DNA of 63,993 bases, filler included, from Octopus bimaculoides (Eukaryota): NCBI RefSeq assembly GCF_001194135.2. It is 8 parts of 8 records of this genome, joined end to end, with 100 filler letters (N's around TTAATTAATTAA, not from the genome) between each part and the next. Parts side by side here need not be neighbours in the genome. Positions count along the whole stretch, not along the records: positions 36,066 to 40,530 come from NC_068987.1; positions 40,631 to 54,843 come from NC_068998.1; 6 more parts are not named here. One strand, given 5' to 3'. The notes under the pieces are model-generated. The model was given only the letters and a program-made list of their open reading frames with translations, did no database searches and was not told the DNA's origin. The translations under genes and the position numbers were made by a program. Positions 38,985 through 49,540 of this stretch are shown here, in pieces (position 1 is the stretch's first letter; each line of letters begins with the position of its first letter).

Positions 38985-40170
38985 ATCTTCATCAGTCCTA
39001 GTCAAAGCCGTTTCTACCATGACCACCATGAGACAAGGGGTTACGACATGAGCCGGCGTTAAAGAACTGTCTCAAACAATACAGCTATATATTGTGCTGT
39101 TTAGCCCTAGGATAACAATTACTGAACAGACATGTGATCGAAGATATGTGATCATCCAGAGATGATCCTGTTAGTTTTATTTTTACTTTTTCTTTCAGGC
39201 ATTGTGTATCTAGGACTACATCATCCAATGTGCGCTTTGCTTTGTCTGACAGTACGGTAAAATTTCAGGAAGTTTATGTTGTGTTTTTTTAACCCTAAGG
39301 CAGCAATCATTGATCAGACCTGTGATCTGAGATAATCTAGAAATGATCACCCTACATTAATCAGTTTTTTCAAACATCGTGTATCTAGGACTGTATCATT
39401 CAATGTGCGCTTTCTTTTGTCAGATAGTACGTTGTAATTTCAACGATGCTTGTATGCTGTGCTATCTTAATCGTAGAACACCAATCATCGAGCTAACCTG
39501 TGATTGTAGACAATCTAGAAATGACCTTTCTACTTTTACTTTTATTCTTTCGAATTGCGAACTTTGGACATCATCGAATGAGCCCCTACTTAGTCACATA
39601 CCACCGTGAAATATCGAAGCGGTCTCTATGTTGTGTTGTTTAGTCTATATTGTTGTTGTTGGCACTCCGTCGCTTACGACGTCGAGGGTTCCAGTTGATC
39701 CGATCAACGGAACAGCCTGCTCGTGAAATTAACGTGCAAGTGGCTGAGCACTCCACAGACACGTGTACCCTTAACGTAGTTCTCGGGGACATTCAGCGTG
39801 ACACAGAGTGTGACAAGGCTGACCCTTTGAATTACAGGCACAACAGAAACAGGAAGTAAGAGTGAGAGGAAGTTGTGGTGGAAGAGTACAGCAGGGTTCG
39901 CCATCATCCCCTGCCGGAGCCTCGTGGAGCTTTTAGGTGTTTTCGCTCAATAAACACTCACAACGCCCGGGCTGGGAATGGAAACCGCGATCGTATAAAC
40001 CGCGAGTCCGCTGCCCTAATCACTGGGCCATTGCGCCTCTTTAGTCTATAGAACAGCAATCATTGGGCAGAGATGTGATCAAGGTCATTCCAGAAATGAC
40101 CATCCTATTTTAATTCAATTGAATATTTCTTTCAGGCATTGTGTATATAGGACTACATCATCTAACAAGG
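38255..40170 (+). repeat. Degenerate tandem array of a ~170-205-bp unit (at least 7-8 units)
   Basis: Anchor (ag)gactacat(t/c)atc-like motif near 38424, 38596, 38802, 39213, 39388, 39566 and 40150. Shared ttagccc/taaccc, gtgaccatc/aatgacc and atttggctgctatttctagc motifs. Confidence 0.8.
39650..40039 (-). mobile_element. tRNA-derived SINE family C, full length (390 bp)
   Basis: Head gaggcgcaatggcccagtgattagggcagcggactcgcgg, (CAA)n tail, perfect 11-bp TSD tttagtctata (39639-39649 and 40040-40050). Confidence 0.95.
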
Positions 40171-40630
40171 CCCTTTTTTTAACGTAAAAAGAGTAGTGAA
40201 ATTTCAGAGAGACATGTATCATACTTCGCGAAGATTGACCACCCAGAATAGAGATTCTCTTGTTGGTCTCTGTTGTAAATGTTTGTCCGATAAAGTCAAT
40301 ATAGTTCAAGGATGCCGGAGTATATTTGCTTTTAAACTTTCGATACACACACATTCGTTTACAACCAATACGCTTCAGAGTTATTTTCTAACGTTTATTT
40401 AATGTTACACATACATACATACGTATATATGTGAATGTATATATGCATATATGTATCCATGTATGTATGTATGTGTGTGCATATATATATATATATATAT
40501 CTATCTATCTATCTATCTATCTATATATATNNNNNNNNNNNNNNNNNNNNNNNNNNNNNNNNNNNNNNNNNNNNTTAATTAATTAANNNNNNNNNNNNNN
40601 NNNNNNNNNNNNNNNNNNNNNNNNNNNNNN

Positions 40631-40675
<45 letters not shown>

Positions 40676-41129
40676 CACACGCACACGTACATACATGTAT
40701 GTTGTGTTGTGCAGTGGAATGGGAATTCAGCCGAAGGCATTGTATAACTTAAAACTGCTAGGAGGAATATAACCGTTATCCTATAGCGTAGACAGCACAC
40801 ACAAATGAATATATTCATAGGACAAAGCGCAGCTAAGCTCATTCTTCGCGTTCTATTTATCTCATTATGCCGAAACCACATGTAACGCTAGTTAATAAAG
40901 ACAGTGCTTAGGGCAAATCTACTCTGCCTTTTTATATGTGAATAATTAATTTAGTCACTTGTTTGGGTCATTTCATTTCTAGGCAAGGAATTCACCGTTT
41001 GGATCTATAATGCGTGCAGTATACGATTATTTTTACGCCATTGTCCGAAAGGGTGAAAGATGTATGGACGTAACTGGTATCGCGTATTATACGGCGCTTT
41101 ACCTACAAATGTTCTTGCTTGGCTTGTAG

Positions 41130-41158
41130 GGATCGAGGTGTTGTCTATCACTGAAAAG
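41130..41158 (+). CDS. Candidate 29-nt exon (xIEVLSITEK in phase 1); unverified
   Basis: Acceptor ttcttgcttggcttgtag and consensus donor aag|GTGAGT. Confidence 0.2.
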
Positions 41159-41337
41159 GTGAGTTCAAGCCGAAACAGTGGTATTTGATGGTCCGATGAC
41201 GTTGTTTGGAGCTTTGTATGTCTTTATACGCAGTATATATTGCAAGAAAAATCCCGCAAACGCTGCATTCATGTTTAAGTATGCATGTAAGTGTCATAAT
41301 AAATATATATAAATATATATATGCGTACGAACATGTA

Positions 41338-41464
41338 CGAGGAGTGTATGAAAAGTATTGAGCCTCAAAAACAAAAAAAAAATCCAAAAAACAAAACATG
41401 GTACAAGACTTCTGATGAAAGTACAATATTTCAAGGCGGCTCAAAACGTTTTATACACCCCTCG
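41338..41464. mobile_element. Tc1/mariner-type MITE (127 bp)
   Basis: 27-bp TIRs cgaggagtgtatgaaaagtattgagcc / ggctcaaaacgttttatacacccctcg, flanked by TA on both sides. Confidence 0.85.
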
Positions 41465-41518
41465 TATATGTATACATACATGAACCCCTCCACACACACA
41501 CACACACACAAAAATATA

Positions 41519-42439
41519 TTGGGTCATACCATAAATAATGCGTTTTTTTATACTAATTTTATTTTTCAAAATTAAGATAAACAAAGTTCGCTTTTAATCT
41601 AAAATATACTCTCCTTCATTTTCTACAATGCTCTTCCATCCATCTGCTAGACTTGCAAGGCTCCGCCCCCCCCAATCCACTTGTCCGTGACGAAAAATTC
41701 TCCTCCAGTACTGTAGACTTCGTCTACAGAATTCATATTTTTTCTGTCCAAATGATTTTGAAGACTGCAGAATAAATGATAATCAGATGAGCAATGTCCG
41801 GCGAATATGGTGTGTGGGGCATTGTTTCCCATTCAAACTGCTCCAGCCTTTGAAATGACATCCTCGCAGTACGTGGCCGGACATTATCCTGATGGAAGAA
41901 CACCTTTCGTCTTGAAGCCAAAGATGGTCGTTTTTCTTCTAGCGCTGACTTGAATGACTTGTTGAATGACCAAATCCAAACTTCTCTGCTAGTTCCTCAA
42001 CAGTTACGATGGGATTTTGTTCTACCAGGGTTTGCAGGACGTCCTCGTCGAGCTCTACAGAACTTCCAGGACCAGAATCATCTTCTAGGATGCTGTTTCC
42101 GGCTTGGAATTTCTAGAACCACCATTGACACTGGCTTATGCTTATTGTCCGATCCCCATATACTGAATTAATATTCCTCACACTTTACCTTGCGTTGTTG
42201 CCTTTATTCAAGTCATAAGGCAAAATATGCTGAATATACTCCTTTGTCACTTCCAATATAGCTCTGAAAAAATAACTGTTACAATCGAACTGCACTCTTC
42301 AAAACTTGCACTAAGAATAAACTCAAGGTAAAATTACTACCTGCTTTTATAGCAAGTTGAGGCAGGTAGTTTACCCCACCCACCTCCAACTTTTAGTTCA
42401 TACAATTGAAAAAAACCGCATTATTTATGGGATGACACA
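41519..42439 (-). mobile_element. Internally deleted mariner (DD34D-type) element
   Basis: TIRs ttgggtcataccataaataatgcgtttt / aaaaccgcattatttatgggatgacaca with TA flanks. Minus strand encodes HTH (LEDDSG...ELDEDVLQTLVEQNP.VTVEELA), FFHQDNVRP and PYSPDIA/SDYHLF; the linker and D1 region is missing. Confidence 0.92.
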
Positions 42440-42533
42440 TAAATAATACACACACACACACACACACACGTATGTGCATGTATGTGTGTGAATATGCGTG
42501 TTTATGTGTATATATGCATGTATAATTATGTGT

Positions 42534-42580
<47 letters not shown>

Positions 42581-43552
42581 NNNNNNNNNNNNNNNNNNNN
42601 NNNNNNNNNNNNNNNNNNNNNNNNNNNNNNNNNNNNNNNNNNNNNNNNNNNNNNNNNNNNNNNNNNNNNNNNNNNNNNNNNNNNNNNNNNNNNNNNNNNN
42701 NNNNNNNNNNNNNNNNNNNNNNNNNNNNNACACACACACACACACACACACACACAGTTATGCATACCTATACAAATATACAAGTCATGGTTATAAATTG
42801 TAAGTAAACACGAAAATATACGATTAAACTTTTTCGCCCTGCTACTAAAAAAAAAATTAAATTAAAAGTGAGGTTAATATTCTTGAACCAATCCTGTAGA
42901 CAATTTTAACTCGTAACTTTCGTCTTTTATCATTTTTCTGTTAATTCTTGAAAACCAAAGTAATTTAGTAATTTGGAACTAACAAGATGCAAGACTTCTC
43001 ATTACTTCCATTGATTTAAAAGCCATTCCTATTATTTCAGAAAGAATTTAAAGCATTATATTGATTGTATGTTTCTTTCTCCTTAGCTATGCTTCTCACG
43101 AGGAGTCTACTGGAATATATAACTCAACTCGTTTGACAGATAAATTTCTCTAAGAAACTGATGCGGGCGCTGGGGAAGAAATTCAGTCTTTGCCGTCAAG
43201 AAATGGGTGATTTTAAACAGTTTGGTGTGTCTATTTGACAAGTGCAAGCCACATGAAGTGATTATCTAATGAGTTTATGGTTTTAAGACTATAACATTAA
43301 TGGGAAGAATTATAAAGTGAACGAATGGATAAGATTTCGAAATATCGGCAGGAGTTTCGTGTTCTGCTCCCAATAGAACAATGTTTTTTCAGCCCACTCA
43401 TGTTTCTCATAATGCTTCGGTGTGCAGGTACATACATACATACATACATATATACATGTATATGTATGAATATATGTGTGTGTTTATGTATAAATCTATA
43501 TGTATATGTACACACACACACACACGCACACACACGCGTATATATACGCATA

Positions 43553-43608
43553 ACTTTTATTCATTTATTTGTTTCAGTTATTAGAATGCGGCCATGCTGG
43601 AGCACCGT
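43553..43608 (-). mobile_element. SINE family B 3' terminus
   Basis: Minus strand cggtgctccagcatggccgc...actgaaacaaataaatgaataaaag is the same terminus as 63893-63955. Confidence 0.8.
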
Positions 43609-43627
43609 TCCCATCGCCGATGGGAAC

Positions 43628-43950
43628 CTCGTTGCCATCGCCGTAATTTGGATGCAATTCTTTCCATTGAAGAATAATATTTTTTTTTTCCAGAATACGT
43701 CTGACTGCGTCTAATATAAATGGCACCTTGAATCTGTCGGGGATCACTTCTCTATGTTTTTCTACCCAGTATCTAATTGCTTTTATTCCTAAATCATGTG
43801 GTATATTGGTGTACCACAACAAAACTAAGTAGAAGTGAATTTGTTTCAGTTGGGAAGATGGGACAGGAAGTCGATGTCATCCCGGATGAAACTTGGTGTG
43901 TAGGTACATAGTAGTTTCAAAACAATGTTAATAAAATTGCTTAGATGGTG
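43628..43950 (-). pseudogene. Penelope-like element reverse-transcriptase fragment
   Basis: Translation with frameshifts: LSNFINIVLKLLCTYTPSFIRDDIDFLSHLP / YTNIPHDLGIKAIRYWVEKHREVIPDRF...FILDAVRRILE / FNGKNCIQITAMATRF. Matches the PLE RT motifs SLYTNIPH and Q..GTAMGT. Confidence 0.85.
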
Positions 43951-44098
43951 GGACTTCTTTCAGTTTTCATCTATCAAATCCATTCTCAAGTTTTGTTCAG
44001 CCCAGGGCTATAGCAGATGACACTTACCCAAGATGCCACGCAATAAGACTGAACCCAAAACCTTGAGAAGCAGGATTCTTAAGCATACAGCAACGCCT
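43951..44098 (-). mobile_element. SINE family B 5' half
   Basis: Minus strand ggcgttgctgtatgcttaagaatcctgcttc...gggttcagtc...ttgggtaagtgtc...aaaactgaaagaagtcc. Confidence 0.8.
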
Positions 44099-46345
44099 AT
44101 TGAGAATTGATGAAAATAATTTCACACTATCGATTCTGACTGACCACTGGATTGATCACATATCGATGCACTGATTGACAATTCATGTGAACCAAAATAA
44201 GTATAGATATGTTTTTCTCTGTAGGAGAACACTTCATAGAAATAACTTCGATACAGCATGAAAGCTAACTGCTTCAGTACAGAATGCTTGGGACATAAAT
44301 TCAATATATTTCATGTACATTGTGACGAAATAGCACGAGAAATTTCCATTAAAGATTATCATTTGTACTCCCTTTCATTCGGCTGCTATATTGGTACAAT
44401 TGACGCAATAATAATCCATGTAATCATCAATGTTTCTTGTATCAGCTTTATAATACTAGAAGCAGCTTTTTTTTTTATAAGAGTCATCAAAATATTCATA
44501 TCTATCTTGAATCTGAAACTCAAAATGGATACTTTGAAGGCAATGCTTGATAAGTACATGATGTTTGTTCGATATGCGTAGAAACAGATGTTGAACGAAC
44601 TGTTATTGGATAAAATGTTGTCTTTGATAATTTAGAAATTGTGTTTGGAAACGAGATGGAAAGAAACAGAAATAAATTCATTTTGTGATTCAGCTAACAA
44701 ATTAATGTTAAATCCATTTTGCTATTCAGAGGCTTCGAGATTTACTCCATTTTCCTGGTTTTCTGTGATCTTGATATGGATTTCAAGTAATGAATCCCAA
44801 TGAGGCAGAATTTCCCCGACTCCATGGTAGTTAAACATTTTCGTCGTTGCCAATAAGATGAAGGGCACCACTGGGTAAAAACTTCCTTTCACGCCAAAAT
44901 AAAACATGTCAATTAGAAAGTGCAAAATATTAGCCGAGTTAATCTTATCTGCTATAATTCGTTGATGCAGAAAATGTTCCCCGCATCTGTTTGAATAAAT
45001 TCTTTGTTCGGGATTCCTCCATGAAAAATAATTCAAAATATGCTGATTGCTACGTTCGTGCTACACATTTTTCTCCGTTCCTCTGTAATGGTTTATTCAA
45101 TCTCTGATAAGAAAGCCGATACATTCACTTCCCTTTTGCGAAAGTGGTGGCACGATAAAAAAAAAACAAAAAAAAACATGTCATGTTTCTTGACGCAATA
45201 CACTTGCCAATCTCTCGACACCGTACATCACATAATCTCTTGATGTTGTGACACTGTACACAAGGAAATAATACCACGTGGGCATATTCTGCGCAATGCA
45301 ATATGCCCTTCCCAATATATTTATCAAGGTTTTCCGTCCTCCTTTGCATTAAATTTCCAAAATGAAATGTATTGTATAATTCATCGAAGTGTTCTTTCTA
45401 CACACTTCGGTTTTAAGTTAGTGGCATTCAGTTAATTTTTAGATGTAATTGCTTCGTGCACAATAGACGATCCATGCACAACAGATTCATTCTCAAATTT
45501 AGTTGAAGTCATTACATCTACAACTTGATTTTGAGCAATTGTGAGGAGGCTTCCGCTGATAAATATGCATCACCTGGGTTTTCGTGAAATAATATCCACA
45601 CCAAGTAATGACCTTTGACCACTGTGGGTTATTTCATCTTTTACTGCCCTTTCACTTCTGATCTTGTATTGCACTCATATGATCGAAATATATGTAGGAA
45701 ATTATAATAATTGCCTGCACAGAGGAACGAATATGGGCAATTATGAATAATACACACACACATATGTGTGTGTGTGTGTGTGTATGTGTGTGTTTGTGTC
45801 TGCATGTGTGTGTGTACACATATATGCAAGCATGTACTCGTATGTAATCAACAGTGACTGTTCAATTCCAGTTATCACAAATACATGTTTCATAAAAGTC
45901 GCTAGAGCTCACCAGAAAGCAATTTCTATTAAGGATCTCACGATATTTACGAGAAATAGAACTAATATATTCAGATACTAGTAAGCACTAAACTAATACT
46001 AAACCTAACGAGAAAGTGCAGTACAGTTACATGCATTCAAATCACCTTTAATTAATCCTTAGAAATCCAGTTAATAATATTAGTCAGCTCATACGCAACT
46101 TATTATCTGACAAGGGAAACGTTTAACTTTCCTGTTTCTCATAATGACTTTAAGCGATTGTGTCTTCAAAGGCAGAATACATTATATACGGAACAGCATT
46201 AATGCGCATAAACGGAAAAGTTGGATGCAAAAGAAATATTACATGTTATCGTTTATATAGTTTTAAAATGTTCGTTCCTAATGTTGTCAGGATTTCCCTT
46301 AATCTTCCCTGTAGACCGTAGATATCATTATATATAATGTGTATA

Positions 46346-46535
46346 AAGGCGGCGAGCTGGCAGAAACGTTAGCACGCCGGGCGAAATGCTTAGCGGTATT
46401 TCGTCTGCCGTTACGTTCTGAGTTCAAATTCTGCCGAGGTCGACTTTGCCTTTCATCCTTTCAGGGTCGATAAACTAAGTACCAGTTGAGTACTGGGGTC
46501 GATGCGATAGACTTAACCCCTCCTCTCAAATTTCA
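46346..46535 (+). mobile_element. SINE family A, young copy
   Basis: Highly similar to 7340-7510 with CpGs retained. Confidence 0.92.
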
Positions 46536-47650
46536 ATTCCCCTCTCTCTGTATATATATATATATATATNNNNNNNNNNNNNNNNNNNNNNNNNNNNNNN
46601 NNNNNNNNNNNNNNNNNNNNNNNNNNNNNNNNNNNNNNNNNNNNNNNNNNNNNNNNNNNNNNNNNNNNNNNNNNNNNNNNNNNNNNNNNNNNNNNNNNNN
46701 NNNNNNNNNNNNNNNNNNNNNNNNNNNNNNNNNNNNNNNNNNNNNNNNNNNNNNNNNNNNNNNNNNNNNNNNNNNNNNNNNNNNNNNNNNNNNNNNNNNN
46801 NNNNNNNNNNNNNNNNNNNNNNNNNNNNNNNNNNNNNNNNNNNNNNNNNNNNNNNNNNNNNNNNNNNNNNNNNNNNNNNNNNNNNNNNNNNNNNNATATA
46901 TATATATACATATATACATATATGACACACATGTATATATGCATGAATAAGTGAGATGTGTGTGCATGTGAGCGTTTTTAGTCTACAAAATAGGAAAGCT
47001 TCTTTTTTAGGAACGAAGTCATTTATTTTTTGCAAACATACAAACTCTTTTGCCAGTGAAACCGTTTAAAATAGAGCGAACCACTAAATGGAAATATTTA
47101 ACCAACAACGCTATTGTTGTTGAACCAAATAAAATAAAACTTCGTCAATTTAACGACAAAATAGTAAAAATAGTAAATTTGTGTTGGTTCTCCGTCCCAC
47201 GAAAACAAAATGAAAGAAGCATTTCAGTATTCGTTCTTTGTAAAAATTGATTATTTACATTGTCCATTGAGGTAGCACAATGTGAGTCCATTATATAGAA
47301 CTTTACAGAAAATTATCAGCGTTTATTATAAGTTCGTCCGCAACAAGTATAAAAGAGCAATGCAATCCGAAATCTTATTACTGGGCGCCATTTTGGAATC
47401 CATTGAGTAGAAGCCATTATGTTTGTATATAGAAAACTAAAGTAGTAAAATATTAACAAGAACAATAACAACGAAAATAGCAGCAAAAGCAACAAAAGAT
47501 GAAATAAAACAAATGTATCCATTTTGAATGGATGATTTATTATTAGTAGAGTATAACGGCGCCTCGGTAAGGCTTCAGCCCAAAGACAATGATGGCTTCC
47601 CTAATCAAACTTTTAAATAATAAATCATTGTATGAAGTTTCCATTGCTGA

Positions 47651-47728
<78 letters not shown>

Positions 47729-47750
47729 ATATCTATCTATCTATCTATCA
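47651..47750 (+). repeat. (ATCT)n tetranucleotide microsatellite
   Basis: Direct read; similar AGAT tracts at 15670-15760, 23411-23480 and 54290-54385. Confidence 0.95.
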
Positions 47751-47789
47751 TTTCAGTACTAGTTTCAGTCATTGAGACTTTTTCAACTG

Positions 47790-48084
47790 TAATGATTTTT
47801 AAAATGAGAATATCTGAACTAAACTTGATTGCTCTCACAAACGAGAATACTAAAAAGGAATCCGACCGCTCTAAAAAATTAAGTAAAAAACAGGAAAAAT
47901 AATCCAGAATCCTTGTCCGATAGTGAACCGATCCCAAAATCTAAACATTTCGTGCCAGTCATGACGCCAAACGTCCCTGAAAGTTTCATCCGAATCCATC
48001 CAGCAATTCTGAGATATCTTTGTCCACGGACAAACAAAACGACTGGAAACATTACCTCCGCTTTCGCTAAGGCGTAGGTCATAA
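47790..48084 (-). mobile_element. Helentron-associated non-autonomous element (HINE/DINE-1-like)
   Basis: Terminal hairpin acctccgctt-tcgct-aaggcgtaggt (48054-48079) next to a T-rich end, followed on the minus strand by gtttgtccgtggac...ggatgaaactttcagg...ttagattttggga. This is the typical HINE layout; the left boundary is uncertain. Confidence 0.55.
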
Positions 48085-49182
48085 CGGCAGATAGCACCAG
48101 TCTTAGTAACAGTATTACTAATAGTGGTATGAGTAGCATCAGACTTAGCGTTTGCAACAGAGCTAGTAACATTACTAGCAACAACATTATTGATAGTGCT
48201 AATGACTACTCTTATCGAGTAGTATTTGCAGTGCTTGCGAGTGTCGTATACAAAGAAATCAATCGCAGTAGGATCAATGTTATGAGCAGTGCTATCAGTA
48301 GTATTATCAACAGAGTGTTTGCAAACGTATTAACGTTTGAATTAAGATAATCTGCAGTGCTAACGACAGCGTTGTCGACACTGTTAGCAACTGTTTTATC
48401 TTCAGCGCGAGCAGGAGTAAATATTTTCTTGGAATTTTGAAAGCAAAAATTTTTATTGATTCTAACTATGTTTTAAAAATAAAAAACACGCTTAATTGTT
48501 TTTGTTTGAGATCTCTGCTTATTTCTCCTCTTAAAACCATTCTATATCGCTTCAATTTTCGCTTTTGTTGTTGCTGTTGTTGTTGCTGATGTTTCTTCAG
48601 TGATAAACTGTACAAAGTTCTTGAAAACCTCGAAGCGTCTCTATTTTCTGAGATTCTATATTTCTGCAATCAATTTCCTTTTGTTATAGTTGCGTGTTTT
48701 TACCGTCGTTATTGCACCAGCTCTGTTAGTAGTAGTAGTAGTATAATAGCAGCAACAATATTAATAGTAGTAGTAGTATTTGAAGTTGTAGAAATAATTG
48801 TAGTAGTAGTAGTAGTAGTAGTTGTTGTCATCGTGTTTTTTCTTTTGTGATAAGCAGAGTAAAGTTGTTTGTATCTTGAAGTGTCTCGATTTCCACGAGA
48901 TTATTTACTGTTCCTGTTCTCAATGGCTGAGATAGAAGACCTATAACGACGCAAAAGACTTGAATGGATTACAATACATACAACGCACACGAATTACAGT
49001 AAAAACAGCAACAACAATAATAATACCGCATCACCACAACCACTAGGACGACGACGAGGGCCACCACCACCACGACTACCACCAGAACAACAACAATCAT
49101 TTGGAATCAATTATACGCTTAATCAATATAGTATGGATATTGACTACTACTACTACTACTACTACTACTAAGATACTAGAAT

Positions 49183-49340
49183 TCCACTCAGTTTCCGTCT
49201 ACCAGTTTCACTCACAAGACATTGATCGACCAGGAACTGTAACATAAGGCATATGTCCAAGGTAGGTGCTGTGCATTAGGACTGAACCCCGAATCACGTG
49301 CTTGTAAAGCAAGCTTCCTAACCACACAACTATGCTTGCG
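49183..49340 (-). mobile_element. SINE family B 5' half
   Basis: Reverse complement of the head through gtagacggaaactga. Confidence 0.75.
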
Positions 49341-49409
49341 ACAATAGTAGACCGCCATATCGTAATAGCTTTTGATCTCCCCCCCCCATCTATGACACTA
49401 AAGACTATT

Positions 49410-49540
49410 TAAACAACATTTTAGGCACCGGGCAAAATATTTTAGTGGGGCTTGTATATGCACAACTACAACAACATACACAGATTAGGATTTAGTCTCA
49501 TGACAGGCCGAGGGTAAGTGCCCACTGAAGCCCTGAAAAA
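49410..49540. mobile_element. Decayed MITE fragment related to 59245-59410
   Basis: Shared taggc..gg.caaa....gggc...tat..(g/a)cacaactaca.ca core. Confidence 0.4.

Noticed and set aside
38255-40170. Repeat-spacer appearance suggesting a CRISPR array or tandem exons
   Set aside because: Eukaryotic context, ~180-bp diverged units, no identical short repeats and no cas genes. The acceptor-like tttcag is present in only some units.
40983-41158. 176-nt exon with an in-frame TGA (possible selenocysteine)
   Set aside because: No selenoprotein motif or SECIS recognised, and part of the segment resembles a decayed SINE; an ordinary stop is simpler.
48100-48420. ORFs 47879..48187 and 48129..48350 (Leu-rich / Ser-Asn-rich)
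   Set aside because: They derive from a decayed TAG/CAG/TAA triplet repeat plus the HINE-like element.
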